A stretch of DNA of 64,000 nt from Candidatus Hydrogenedentota bacterium (GTDB lineage: Bacteria > Hydrogenedentota > Hydrogenedentia > Hydrogenedentales > SLHB01): NCBI GenBank assembly GCA_963745075.1, contig CAVUWV010000021.1, positions 128,001-192,000 on the forward strand. Direction: 5' to 3'. Under the pieces are notes generated by a model. The model searched no databases. It worked only from the letters and a program-made list of their open reading frames with translations, and was not told where the DNA came from. Position 1 is the stretch's first letter, and every line of letters begins with the position of its first letter. The translations under genes and the position numbers were made by a program. Positions 9,923 through 22,074 of the stretch are shown piece after piece.

Positions 9923-10981
9923 GTGATTATCGATCTGGAACGTTTCATCACGGAAGAACGTCCCTACTGGACGGAACTCGAGGAAACCCTGAACCGCCTC
10001 GAAGCGGACGTCGCGTACCGCTTAGACCTGAAGCAGGCCCGCCGGCTCCACTACTTGTACGAACGGAGCGCCACCGATCTGTCCAAGCTTTCCACGTTTG
10101 CATCGGAGCCCGCGCTGAGCCGGTACCTCGAAACGCTGGTGGCACGCGCCTACGGCGAGATTCACGAGGTCCGCGGAAAACCGCACCGGTTTCACCCGAT
10201 TCGCTGGGGGGGTCGCACGTTTCCGCGAACGTTCCGGCGTCATATCGCGGTGTTCTGGGTCAGCGTCGCCATAACCCTGGCCGGGACGACCCTGGGTGGC
10301 GCGGCCGTGACCTTCGACCCGAACGCGAAAGACGTTTTGATGCCGTTTCCTCATCTGCGCATCGACCCTCGCGAGCGCGTTGCAAAGGAAGAGAAGACGC
10401 AGAAATTCGATCCGCGCGCGGGAACAAAAGCCATGGGCACGAGTTTCTACATAGCGAACAATACGAAAGTCGCGATCATGACGCTCGCACTGGGTGCGCT
10501 TTGGGGGCTGGGCACCATCCTTGTCCTCTTCAGCAACGGCGTCATGATGGGCGCCGTGACGATGGATTATCTCAACGCGCACGAAGGCGTCTTTCTGACG
10601 GCCTGGTTACTCCCCCATGGCGCCCTGGAGATACCCGCCATTGTAATCGCCGGGCAGGCCGGCCTCCTGCTCGGGAAAGCGTTAATAGGATGGGATTCCC
10701 GGCTTTCCACTCGTGCGCGGCTCCGCAGCGTCACGCCGGACCTCCTGACGCTTATCGGCGGCGTGGCACTCATGCTGGTATGGGCCGCCTTCGTGGAAGC
10801 GTGGCTGTCGCAATACCATGAACCCGTGATTCCCTATGCCGTCAAGATTACCTTCGGTGTCATCGAGCTGATCCTGCTTATTTCGTTTTTGACCTGCGCC
10901 GGACGCAAACGGTGGAAGGATGAATCGGAGGAATCCACACACGACGTGACGCACGAAACCGTCCCATCCACACCCGCTTAG
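9923..10981 (+). CDS. Stage II sporulation protein M (SpoIIM) family membrane protein
   Basis: YIANNTKVA, NGVMMGA, LLPHGALEIPA motifs. Confidence 0.9.
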   Translation: MIIDLERFITEERPYWTELEETLNRLEADVAYRLDLKQARRLHYLYERSATDLSKLSTFASEPALSRYLETLVARAYGEIHEVRGKPHRFHPIRWGGRTFPRTFRRHIAVFWVSVAITLAGTTLGGAAVTFDPNAKDVLMPFPHLRIDPRERVAKEEKTQKFDPRAGTKAMGTSFYIANNTKVAIMTLALGALWGLGTILVLFSNGVMMGAVTMDYLNAHEGVFLTAWLLPHGALEIPAIVIAGQAGLLLGKALIGWDSRLSTRARLRSVTPDLLTLIGGVALMLVWAAFVEAWLSQYHEPVIPYAVKITFGVIELILLISFLTCAGRKRWKDESEESTHDVTHETVPSTPA

Positions 10982-10987
10982 GCCATC

Positions 10988-11839
10988 ATGGAAGCACGAA
11001 CCAACAAGCTGACCATTCACACGCCGGAGGGAATTGCGTTTTCGCTGAACCTGGCCGGGCCGGTGACCCGCTTTCTTGCGCGGACCATCGATTTCTTTAT
11101 CGAGGTTCTTGCAACCATAGCGATCGCCTACCTCATCAACATACTCAACGTTCTCCCGCTCATATTCCGCGTAAGCCTGGCAGATTGGGCATTCGCCTTC
11201 GTGATGATTGCATACTTCGTGGTACCCATCGTCCATTCGATGCTGTTCGAATGGTTCATGCGCGGTCAGACCTTCGGCAAACGTGCCCTGCGCATACGCG
11301 TCGTGGATGCGGACGGGCTTCGCCTGCAATTCAGCCAGGTCGCGATCCGAAATCTGATGCGGTTCGTGGACAGTTTGTACCCCTTCTACGTCATCGGGGG
11401 AATCGCCTGCATCCTGAGCCGCCGTTCGCAGCGCCTGGGCGATTACGTGGCCAATACGGTCGTCATGCGGCTGCCCAGGATTTCGGACCCGGACCTGAGC
11501 CACGTCCTCAGCGGCAAGTACAACTCGTTTCGGGAATACCCCCATCTGGCGGCCCGGTTACGACAGCAGGTTTCGCCGGAAGAGGCGCGAATCGCGCTTC
11601 ACGCAGTCCTGCGAAGGAATACATTGGATCCGCAGGCACGCGTGGAACTGTTTGCAGATATCGCGGATCATTTCCGATCGTTGGTGGAGTTTCCCGAGGC
11701 CGCGACGCTGGGCATGGCCGACGAACAGTATGTCCGCAACGTCGTCGAGATCTTGTTTCAACCGCGCACGAACGGCGGAGGCGCCAAGGCCGAGGCGACG
11801 GCACAGAGTAGCCTGCGGCCGGCGAACCCAGTACAATAA
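10988..11839 (+). CDS. RDD family protein
   Basis: TPEGIAF..AGPVTRFLARTID, GQTFGKR, QRLGDYVANTVV. Confidence 0.9.
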   Translation: MEARTNKLTIHTPEGIAFSLNLAGPVTRFLARTIDFFIEVLATIAIAYLINILNVLPLIFRVSLADWAFAFVMIAYFVVPIVHSMLFEWFMRGQTFGKRALRIRVVDADGLRLQFSQVAIRNLMRFVDSLYPFYVIGGIACILSRRSQRLGDYVANTVVMRLPRISDPDLSHVLSGKYNSFREYPHLAARLRQQVSPEEARIALHAVLRRNTLDPQARVELFADIADHFRSLVEFPEAATLGMADEQYVRNVVEILFQPRTNGGGAKAEATAQSSLRPANPVQ

Positions 11840-11921
11840 AGGCCCCGAGTCCAGGCGGTGGATGTGGCGAGAAAGCGGGCGTCCCTGATGACGCCCTCAC
11901 CCGAGTTGCAAGGTGGGAGCA

Positions 11922-12728
11922 ATGGCAAGATTACTCGACAAACTGCGAACCGGTTTTCTCTTCGACCGGGGCGTACGTCTCGCCGAACGCGGGAACTATC
12001 AGCGGGCATTGGTCTACTTCGAGACGGTTATGCAACGCGCACCCGACTTTGCGCTGGCCCATTCCAACATGGGATTCTGCCACTACAAGATGGGCGCGGC
12101 CGGCGACGCGCAGCGTGCCTACGAACAGGCGCAGGAACTCGCGCCGGACGATGCGGAGAATTATTACGATCTCGGGTGCATTCACCACGCGCAAGGGCAG
12201 CGGCAGGCGGCGCTGGAATGCTTTCGCGAGGCCCTGCGGTTGCAGCCCAACCACGCGGAGGCTTACACGGCCATCGAGCAGGTACGGATCGAACTCGGCA
12301 TGCCGGCCATCGATGCCCCGCCCGTCGCAGCAGAAGACGTCAACCCGACCGAGCCGAACCCGGCGGCCAAGGCTGTAGAACTCCTCCGCACGGGGGAATC
12401 TGACTACGAAACGGGCGACATGGAGGCCGCCCTGAAAGCATGGGACGAAGCGGCGCGGCTCGACCCGAAGAACCCCACGACCCAAAACAACCGTGCGGCG
12501 GCGCTGCTCGAACTCGGCCGCCACCAGGAGGCGATCGAGGCCTGCACGCAAGCACTTCGGATCAATCCGAAATACGCCGTCGCGCACATGACCCGCGCCG
12601 AAATCTACGCCGCGCTGGGAAATCGCGATGCGGTCATGCGCGAGTATACGGCCTTAAACGGTATGGACGAAGGTTTGGCCGAACAACTGCTCGAACTCAT
12701 ACCCGAGACACCGGAGAAGGAAGCGTGA
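11922..12728 (+). CDS. Tetratricopeptide repeat protein
   Basis: Two blocks of TPR motifs (AHSNMG..Y..A..L.P). Confidence 0.85.
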   Translation: MARLLDKLRTGFLFDRGVRLAERGNYQRALVYFETVMQRAPDFALAHSNMGFCHYKMGAAGDAQRAYEQAQELAPDDAENYYDLGCIHHAQGQRQAALECFREALRLQPNHAEAYTAIEQVRIELGMPAIDAPPVAAEDVNPTEPNPAAKAVELLRTGESDYETGDMEAALKAWDEAARLDPKNPTTQNNRAAALLELGRHQEAIEACTQALRINPKYAVAHMTRAEIYAALGNRDAVMREYTALNGMDEGLAEQLLELIPETPEKEA

Positions 12729-13210
12729 AGGTACTGCGCTGGTTGATGCTGGGATTGCTGCTCGGCTGGACCGCCGGGTGCGGCGCGCCCCCGAATGGCT
12801 CGACACAGGAAGGTGGTTCCCAAAAACTGTCCGACCGGGTGCAATCGGCGTTGCAGAACGTCAAGACTGCAACGCAGGATCAAATCGAGAAACAAGCAGT
12901 CGCACTGGTGGCCGAGTTGGACCGCCGGGTCGAGGACACCGAACGGCGGGCCGCCGAATCGGCCGAAGCATCGGTTCGGGAGTCCCTCGAACAGGTGCGC
13001 ATGAAATTGGAAGAGAAACGGGACGAGATACGCGAACGTCTTGCGGCCCTCCGGGATGATACGCAAACGCGGGATGAGCTCCGCAGGGATCTATCCAAAA
13101 CCTTGACGGACCTCGGCACTTCCATCGAGGAGGCGACCCGATTGCTGCTGGAGAAGCCCGGCAACGGCCAACCGCCCGATGGGAACCGCCCGACCCAAGC
13201 GGCGTCGTAA
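12725..13210 (+). CDS. Coiled-coil lipoprotein
   Basis: GTG at 12725 overlaps the TPR gene stop; signal peptide with TAGC lipobox; charged helical body. Confidence 0.7.
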   Translation: MKVLRWLMLGLLLGWTAGCGAPPNGSTQEGGSQKLSDRVQSALQNVKTATQDQIEKQAVALVAELDRRVEDTERRAAESAEASVRESLEQVRMKLEEKRDEIRERLAALRDDTQTRDELRRDLSKTLTDLGTSIEEATRLLLEKPGNGQPPDGNRPTQAAS

Positions 13211-13246
13211 CGCACATTTACGCGACGGGAGCATTCAAGGAGTACC

Positions 13247-13969
13247 ATGATCGAACTTGGTGTGAATATCGACCACGTGGCGACCTTGCGCGAAGCGCGT
13301 AAAGCCGTCGAACCCGACATAATTGCGGCCGCAAAGATCTGCGAGTTGGCGGGCGCCCATCAGATCACCGTGCACCTGCGCCAGGACCGGCGTCACATTC
13401 AGGACCGCGACGTGGAACTGCTTTCACAAGTGCTCCAGGTGCGGATTAATCTGGAAATGGCCGCGGTCGACGAGATCGTCGCGATCGCCCATCGCATTCG
13501 ACCGGCCGTCGTGTGCCTGGTTCCGGAGAATCGACAGGAGATTACGACGGAAGGCGGCCTCGACGTGGCGGCCCAGGTGAAACGCCTGAAAAAAGTCGTG
13601 CAGGGGTTTCACGACGGCGGCATCAAGGTCAGCATGTTCATCGACCCCGATCTCGATCAAGTCGACGCCAGCGCCGAGACGGGCGCAGACTTCGTGGAAC
13701 TGCACACGGGCGCATACGCCAACGCGGCCGATCTCGACATTCTCGGTGAAGTCAACCGTTTGGCCGGCGCGGCGGCGCGGGCCATCGGGGCGGGCCTCGT
13801 CTTCAACGCCGGTCATGGGTTGACGGTGCGCAACCTCCGGCCTGTCGCGGCCATTCCGGGTCTCAATGAGGTAAACATCGGGCACTCCATCATTTCGCGC
13901 GCCCTCTTCATCGGGTTGCACCAAGCGGTGGAAGAGATTCTGGCCATCCTGCGAGAGTACTCCACGTAG
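13247..13969 (+). CDS. pdxJ: Pyridoxine 5'-phosphate synthase
   Basis: [45 protein letters not shown]. Confidence 0.97.
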   Translation: MIELGVNIDHVATLREARKAVEPDIIAAAKICELAGAHQITVHLRQDRRHIQDRDVELLSQVLQVRINLEMAAVDEIVAIAHRIRPAVVCLVPENRQEITTEGGLDVAAQVKRLKKVVQGFHDGGIKVSMFIDPDLDQVDASAETGADFVELHTGAYANAADLDILGEVNRLAGAAARAIGAGLVFNAGHGLTVRNLRPVAAIPGLNEVNIGHSIISRALFIGLHQAVEEILAILREYST

Positions 13970-14074
13970 CGCCCCAGGCGGCGTGAAACTCTCCCGAAGG
14001 CTGACATCGGAATACCGCATCGGGTACACTGATTGTTGGCATAGGAAACGCAACAATCTCGGTACCACACGATC

Positions 14075-14422
14075 ATGGAAATTCGCCATCATAAGACCGC
14101 TGGCGTGGCCGTTGTAACCCTCAGTGGGCGATTCGACGCCCCGTCGGCCCCGGAAGCAGAAGACGCATTCAAGGGCTATCTGCAGGATGGAACCAAGAAA
14201 GTGCTCATTGACCTGAGCGGCGTCGAATACATCAGCAGCGGCGGTCTTCGCGTCATCATCATGGTGACGAAAGCCCTGGAAAAAGTGAACGGTACGTTGA
14301 AGCTTTGCGGCTTGACCCCCTTTGTGTCGGAAGTGTTCGAGATCACGAACCTCTCGAAACGATACGAAATCTGCGAGGACCAACGTGCGGGACTCACCGC
14401 CTTCGGCGTACAGGAGTCGTAA
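14075..14422 (+). CDS. STAS-domain anti-sigma-factor antagonist
   Basis: LSGRFD, IDLSGVEYISSGGLR (conserved phospho-Ser), VFEIT. Confidence 0.9.
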   Translation: MEIRHHKTAGVAVVTLSGRFDAPSAPEAEDAFKGYLQDGTKKVLIDLSGVEYISSGGLRVIIMVTKALEKVNGTLKLCGLTPFVSEVFEITNLSKRYEICEDQRAGLTAFGVQES

Positions 14423-14428
14423 CCTTTC

Positions 14429-16378
<1,950 letters not shown>

Positions 16379-16430
16379 TGCGGCGGGCATCGGCCCAACT
16401 GCTGCGCAGCCTTGCGCGCGCCAAAGTCGA

Positions 16431-17978
16431 ATGCGATTACCAAACGAAACACCAAAAACTATCACGCTCGTAGAGGCCTGCATGGTCGCCGGCATCCTCC
16501 TACTAGCTGCCGGGCTTCGGCTCTATCGCCTTGAGTCGGAGTCCCTCTGGTACGACGAAGTCGTGAGCGTGCGGGCGCTGGATGCGCCGGGGCTCGCCGA
16601 GTTCTTGAACGACGAGCGCGTTCTGGACCCGGCGGTCGTGCCCGCATACTTCTGCCTGGAGTACTTCTGGTGGCACTACGTTGCGAATTCCGAGTATTCG
16701 CTGCGCTTGCTTTCGACATTCCTTGGGCTTCTCACGGTAGGCGCGGTCTGGTGGATGGGGCGCGTGATGTTCTCCCCTGGAGCCGGCTTGATTGCGGCAT
16801 TCCTCACGGCCTGCTCCCAAATCCTCATCTACCAATCGCAAGAGATCCGCATGTACGCGTTGATGTATCTCCTGGCCGCACTGTCGATGCTGTTCCTCGA
16901 ACGGGCCTTGGCTACCGGCCAACCGCGATGGTGGATCGCACACTGGGCATCAAACGGCCTGTTGGTCTGGACCCATCTCTTCGGAACACTCGTGCTACTG
17001 GCCCAGGGTCTCGCCCTGCTGTGGATATGGAGACGTCGCTACCGGGCGGTCGCGGCATGGGTCATGGCGCAGGGTGCGTATCTGGCGCCGCTCGGCTGGT
17101 ACCTGCTCCGTATGCCGCAGGTCTCCCTCGAGAAACACTTGCGCTGGATCCCCATGCCACCGTTCCCCGCCGTATTAGACACCTTCTGGACGGTGCTCCC
17201 CGGAGTCGCTCTCGACGGTGGAAAGCAAATTCAACTGACCACGATGCCGTCGTTGTTGAGCCACGCGACGGGGTTCCTGGTATGGCTCTGTGCAGGATGG
17301 CTCGTGTGGCGCAGGGTGCGATCGAAACATGACGGTGCACGCGGGACGTTGCCGGAGCGCTTCAGAAAAGCACCAGTATTGCTGCTCGTGCTCTGGCTTG
17401 CGGCACCGGTCCTCACCCTCGTCGCGCTTTCATACGCCGTGCAGCCCTGCTTTGTCGAGCGCTACGCGGGACATTGCGCGCTGCCACTATTTCTGCTGGC
17501 TGGCGCCGGCGTGAGCGCCATAAACCGGCGCTGGGTGAAACGCGGCGTCGTAGTCCTTCTGGCACTGCTGTACATCCCCGCGATTGCGCAGTGGCCGAGA
17601 CCCCTGCGCCCGAATCTGCGCGGCGCCTTGGCTGTGATTGAACGCGACAGTGTGGGAGGCGAAACGTTCGTCCTGGACAACATCTACGAGTCGGGGCTCG
17701 CTTTCGCCTTCTACGCCAACGTGCCGGTGGAAGATCTAACGATGGGGCAGAAGTATCTCCGCCACGCAAAACGCGAAGTCATAAGCGGTCACCCGATCTG
17801 GATTCTGTCGGTGGGAGGCGACCGCGGGATCGAGCGTTTTCAAAACGCGCGTCAACAACTGGGCGTCAAAACCAACTATTACCGATTCAATGGACGACGG
17901 AGCGTTCATCTGATTCACGCCGTACCCCGGCATGGGAAAGGGACCGAGGAAGACCGTGGCTCGCTAGCTACCGAGTAA
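16431..17978 (+). CDS. GT39/PMT-like (GT-C) membrane glycosyltransferase
   Basis: LRLYRLESESLWYDE, LRLLS, YQSQEIRMY motifs; many TMs; ATG at 16431. Confidence 0.85.
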   Translation: MRLPNETPKTITLVEACMVAGILLLAAGLRLYRLESESLWYDEVVSVRALDAPGLAEFLNDERVLDPAVVPAYFCLEYFWWHYVANSEYSLRLLSTFLGLLTVGAVWWMGRVMFSPGAGLIAAFLTACSQILIYQSQEIRMYALMYLLAALSMLFLERALATGQPRWWIAHWASNGLLVWTHLFGTLVLLAQGLALLWIWRRRYRAVAAWVMAQGAYLAPLGWYLLRMPQVSLEKHLRWIPMPPFPAVLDTFWTVLPGVALDGGKQIQLTTMPSLLSHATGFLVWLCAGWLVWRRVRSKHDGARGTLPERFRKAPVLLLVLWLAAPVLTLVALSYAVQPCFVERYAGHCALPLFLLAGAGVSAINRRWVKRGVVVLLALLYIPAIAQWPRPLRPNLRGALAVIERDSVGGETFVLDNIYESGLAFAFYANVPVEDLTMGQKYLRHAKREVISGHPIWILSVGGDRGIERFQNARQQLGVKTNYYRFNGRRSVHLIHAVPRHGKGTEEDRGSLATE

Positions 17979-18773
17979 GCGCGCCGCGTTCTGTCCGAGA
18001 ATGTTGGACTGGGTCAGCCCCGCGAGACCGCTTTGCAGCAGGACGGAGTTTCTCGTCTGTTCGATGGTTTGCCGGGCGATATCGGCGTCCCGAATCCGCG
18101 ATTCCGACTCCGCGGCGTTCTGCGATTCCGTTTGGCGAACGTCAATGGCGCGTGTGAACCGGTTCGCTTGGGCGCCGAGTTCTGCCCGGCTATTCTGAAT
18201 TTGGGTCAACGCATTGTCCACGGTGTCAATGCCGTTCTGCGCCCCCGCCTGCGTAGACAAGTCAAGCCCATTGATTCCCAGTGAATCACCTGTGGACTCC
18301 TGGATGTTGACCTCCACGTTGCCTTCGACACCCAATTGGACGTTGGCGGCGGTTCCATCCAGCAGATTCCGACCGTTGAACTCCGTGTTGTTCCCCGTTT
18401 CGTTAATCTGTTGGACGAGTTGTTGGGCTTCCTGGTTGATCGCAGCGCGCTGGTCGTCCGTCAAGGTTCCGTTCGATGCCTGCAGGGCCAGTTCCCGGAT
18501 ACGCTGCGTGGCATCTTGTTGCGTACCGATGGCGGCATCCGCGGTCTGGACTACATTGACTCCGGATTGAAGGTTGGACACCTCCTGATTGAGCTGATTG
18601 ACCTGGGCACGGAATCGTTCGACGATGGCCAGACCGGCCGCATCATCGGCGCCCTGGTTGATCCGTTGTCCCGTCGCAAGACGCTCGAACCCCTTCAACA
18701 GGGCGTTGGACGTTTGCTGTGTTTGACGTTGGATGAATAAGGCTGACTCGTTCGAGTTGATCCGCAAACCCAT
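17964..18773 (-). CDS. fliC: Flagellin, minimal (269 aa)
   Basis: MGLRINSN, RLATGQRINQGADDAAGLAI, QRIRELALQASNGT, RAELGAQANRF, SRIRDAD; GGAG RBS before ATG at 18773. Confidence 0.9.
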   Translation of the reverse strand: MGLRINSNESALFIQRQTQQTSNALLKGFERLATGQRINQGADDAAGLAIVERFRAQVNQLNQEVSNLQSGVNVVQTADAAIGTQQDATQRIRELALQASNGTLTDDQRAAINQEAQQLVQQINETGNNTEFNGRNLLDGTAANVQLGVEGNVEVNIQESTGDSLGINGLDLSTQAGAQNGIDTVDNALTQIQNSRAELGAQANRFTRAIDVRQTESQNAAESESRIRDADIARQTIEQTRNSVLLQSGLAGLTQSNILGQNAARLLGS

Positions 18774-18790
18774 TTCGACCACTCCCAAGG

Positions 18791-18817
18791 CAATCGACTT
18801 CCCATAATACTCTTTTA
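18791..18817 (-). promoter_or_regulatory. Sigma28 (FliA)-like promoter
   Basis: Minus strand TAAA-N15-GTCGATTG versus consensus TAAA-N15-GCCGATAA, just upstream of the flagellin RBS. Confidence 0.55.
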
Positions 18818-18919
18818 TAGAATACCACTTGAGACAGGGTTTTGGCAAATTCCAGTGCTCAATTGTATGAAAAACAATAAATTATCTGCCGAAAACCCGG
18901 CAAGGCAAGGTACGGTGAT

Positions 18920-19735
18920 ATGACGCAGAATGCAAAGGACCCCGTCCGTTTGGGTACCTGTAGCTGGAGTACCCGCGACTGGGTAGGCTCGATCTACTCG
19001 GCCGATACGAAGGCCGCAGACTACATTGCCGAGTACGCGCGACGGTTCAACACCGTGGAAATCGATTCGACGTTTTACGGCACGCCGCGTCTGTCCACGG
19101 TCGAAGGTTGGCGAGACCGGACTCCGCCCGAATTCATCTTTTCCGCCAAAGCGCCACAGGGTATCACTCACGAGAAGTTTCTCGCGGGATGCGAACGCGA
19201 GCTGGCCGAATTCTTGCAGACGATGGACGTCCTCGATTCGCGCCTGGGTCCGATTGTCTTTCAGTTCCCGTATTTCGCAAGGAAACGCCAGGTAACCCAA
19301 GACGACTTCTTGGCCCGGCTTGCGCCTTTTCTGAGGAATCTACCCAAAGACGGCCATCGGTACGTTGTCGAGGTGCGAAACAAGGCTTGGCTGAACCGCC
19401 GGTTGACCGATCTCCTCGGCGAACAGGATGTGACGTTGGCGTTAATCGACCATCCCTGGATGCATCGGCCCGAGCAGCTCGCACGAATCGACGGAACGGC
19501 GGCAGGCGGTTTTGCGTACATTCGGTGGCTCGGGGATCGGTACGCGATCGAGAAGATTACGAAAACTTGGGGATCGCACGTATACGACCGGAAGGCGGAT
19601 CTCGAGAACTGGGTCCCCATCATTCGGAAGACGCTGGAAAACCGGACCCCCGTATTCGGCTACATCAACAGCCACTACTCCGGCTACGCACCGGGAGACG
19701 TGGAACTACTTACCGCGTTGCTCGGGTTGGGGTGA
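18920..19735 (+). CDS. DUF72 family protein
   Basis: LGTCSWS..W.G..Y, FNTVEIDSTFY, KAPQGITH, LGPIVFQFP, VEVR. Confidence 0.9.
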   Translation: MTQNAKDPVRLGTCSWSTRDWVGSIYSADTKAADYIAEYARRFNTVEIDSTFYGTPRLSTVEGWRDRTPPEFIFSAKAPQGITHEKFLAGCERELAEFLQTMDVLDSRLGPIVFQFPYFARKRQVTQDDFLARLAPFLRNLPKDGHRYVVEVRNKAWLNRRLTDLLGEQDVTLALIDHPWMHRPEQLARIDGTAAGGFAYIRWLGDRYAIEKITKTWGSHVYDRKADLENWVPIIRKTLENRTPVFGYINSHYSGYAPGDVELLTALLGLG

Positions 19736-21910
19736 CACGGTGTCCGCGTTGGGCCACGGCGGACCGTGCCCGGTGTCGGTGGCGACCTGCATTCGCCAAA
19801 GAAGCGCACAAGCCGGGAACTTGTCGCGGGTCTTCATCTCGAGTCCATACCCTTTGTCCCCGCCTTGTGAACCTTCGCGCTCTTTCTCGACCCGCTTTTC
19901 AAAATACAGCGAGAGGATATTGAGACCCGTCTTGGTCAACTCGGCCGGGACCTCCAGCGTGATTTCGGAGCGCGTGCCTTTCTCGAGATCCGCCGAGCCG
20001 ATGGGTTCGCCGTTGAACGAGAACCCCACGTACTGGTTCTCCTGCATTTCGTTGGGCAAGGACAGGGATAGCCCAATAAAGTACGCGTGCCCTTCCTGGC
20101 AGTACACAAACAACTCGGACTCCCGCTCTTCTGCCGGATAGGCGCCCTTCAACAAAGCCGCGAAACGGAAATTGCCCTGCCATCCCTTGCCCAGATATGG
20201 CCGCAACGCAATTCCCTGGACATCCAATTCGGCATTGGGAGGCACGCCGCTGGCAACGTCGTACTGTGCCGGGGATACGTCGTGTTTGAATGCAAACCAC
20301 AGATTCGCGGGATACGAGAAGGGGTTGCCGAATGCATCATGGAAGATCGTCGCCGATGACGACCAGATCTGCTGGAATGAAACCGGCTTGAGAAAATCGG
20401 TCCACCCCTGGCGATACTGGATGACCAGCGTCGCGTTGTAGATAGTGAGCAAAGCAATGACAGCGCTCACGGGTACCGCTGGCCGCCTGCGGCAAAAGGT
20501 GACGAACCACGCGCCGAACGCCGCAATCCCGGGCGCCATGAACGGCAGCACGCCCACGAAACGACGCATGCCAAACGAGCCTCCTCCATACCAGCTGGCG
20601 ATGGAAGCGTTCATGTAGACATATCCCGCCAACAGCGCCGCTATGCATAACGCGTCATAGCGACTGCGCCGCCAGAAGGGCACGACGCCGATGAACCCAA
20701 GAAGCAGGACGGGATGAAACGCAAAGAGGCCGTGATGGGCCGAAAACAGGACGTGAGAAATCGCGGGATTGCCCCATTGCATGGGCGATCCGGGCGGCGG
20801 GCTAAAGCCGTACCGGAACCACCACGTGGCGAGCTGCCATGCGAACACGACGAGTGCGCCCGCGACCGACAGACTCGCGCCCAACGCGACGCGGCCGACC
20901 TGCCGGCCACTCTTCACAAGAAACGCGACGTCCAGCAACGGCAACGCGATGAGCACCGCGTGGCTGGGTCGCACCAGCATGGCGAGACCAATCGCCGCGC
21001 CTAGTAAAACCCAATCGCGGACGCGCCGGCCGTCCCGATTGCGCACCCAAAGCCAGAACACCAGCGCCGCGGCAAAGAATGAACAGGCGTGAGACATCCA
21101 CGGCTGGTCGGTCAGATACCAGATCAGGGGCGAGGCCAGTCCGATGAGCAACGTCGCAAAGAATCCGGTCCGCGGCGTGAACCACCGGCGCAATGCCGCG
21201 TAGACCATGAGCAACCCGAGGAACACCGTGAAATGACTGCCGAACGCCGCGGCCAGAGCATACGGACTGGCGATTCCGTTCGTGGGCACGTCGAGGCCCA
21301 TCCCGGACAACACCAGCATCAATCCGTGCGCGGCGAGGTAAAACGGGAGCCAGACAACGGCCGCGCCGATGGGTGCGACGTTGTACTCGGGACGACTCGG
21401 ATGCGCTTCCGACATGAGATCCCAGACGCCCGGAATCGCTTTGAGTTCGTTCTCGAAGTTCAGGTCGTGATCGAACACCCAGGAATGAAGGTACGCGTAG
21501 TACTGCGGAGAGTCGTGTCCCGAAACGACACCCCAGTGGGTATATCCGCGCAGACTTATGACGAAGACGTTCAAACAAACGAGGAATACACAGAGAAACG
21601 CGAAACGCGCCCAGCGGTCCTTCCGCACCTCGGGCGACTCTTCATCATCGAGCAAGGGGCGGTACAAGGACGAATTCCGCAACCACGTGTATTGTACCGC
21701 GACGAAGGCGAGCAGAATGCTGTGAACCAGCACCGCGTCCATTCCCAGAAACCCGCCGAGCACGACGTTATAAAGCGACGCGGTAGTGACCGCCGCAAAC
21801 AAAAGCGCAAGGAAGAAGGCCTGCGCGCCGATCTGCAGCTTTACGATGAGCCCAAGCAGCGGAATGGTCTCGTCGGATGGATTTGTCGCGTTATCGTCTG
21901 CGTCGTGCAT
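19706..21910 (-). CDS. GT-C-fold membrane glycosyltransferase-like protein
   Basis: DSPQYYAYLHSWVFDHDL, SHACSFF, LFSAHHGLFAFHP, WYGGGSFGMRRF; multi-TM with soluble C-terminus. Confidence 0.7.
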   Translation of the reverse strand: MHDADDNATNPSDETIPLLGLIVKLQIGAQAFFLALLFAAVTTASLYNVVLGGFLGMDAVLVHSILLAFVAVQYTWLRNSSLYRPLLDDEESPEVRKDRWARFAFLCVFLVCLNVFVISLRGYTHWGVVSGHDSPQYYAYLHSWVFDHDLNFENELKAIPGVWDLMSEAHPSRPEYNVAPIGAAVVWLPFYLAAHGLMLVLSGMGLDVPTNGIASPYALAAAFGSHFTVFLGLLMVYAALRRWFTPRTGFFATLLIGLASPLIWYLTDQPWMSHACSFFAAALVFWLWVRNRDGRRVRDWVLLGAAIGLAMLVRPSHAVLIALPLLDVAFLVKSGRQVGRVALGASLSVAGALVVFAWQLATWWFRYGFSPPPGSPMQWGNPAISHVLFSAHHGLFAFHPVLLLGFIGVVPFWRRSRYDALCIAALLAGYVYMNASIASWYGGGSFGMRRFVGVLPFMAPGIAAFGAWFVTFCRRRPAVPVSAVIALLTIYNATLVIQYRQGWTDFLKPVSFQQIWSSSATIFHDAFGNPFSYPANLWFAFKHDVSPAQYDVASGVPPNAELDVQGIALRPYLGKGWQGNFRFAALLKGAYPAEERESELFVYCQEGHAYFIGLSLSLPNEMQENQYVGFSFNGEPIGSADLEKGTRSEITLEVPAELTKTGLNILSLYFEKRVEKEREGSQGGDKGYGLEMKTRDKFPACALLWRMQVATDTGHGPPWPNADTVSPQPEQRGK

Positions 21911-22016
21911 GGCGCGTATCCTAACGATGGGTGCGGGGAAGCGCAAGGTGATGAACTGAAGTGGATTCTACTATGACCCAGCGCAGATGCGGGCAAAGCG
22001 AATCAGGTCCGCCACA

Positions 22017-22050
22017 CCGATCGGACGGATCCGACCGATTGGTCCGATCC
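22017..22050. repeat. 9-bp-period degenerate tandem repeat (cSGAT core)
   Basis: ccgatcgga cggatccga ccgattggt ccgatcc in intergenic DNA. Confidence 0.6.
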
Positions 22051-22074
22051 TTCCGGGTAATCTTCTCCACGCAT

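Noticed and set aside
9923..10981. Sporulation inferred from the SpoIIM-family gene
   Set aside because: The family is widespread in non-sporulating bacteria within this MoxR cluster; no other sporulation genes are present
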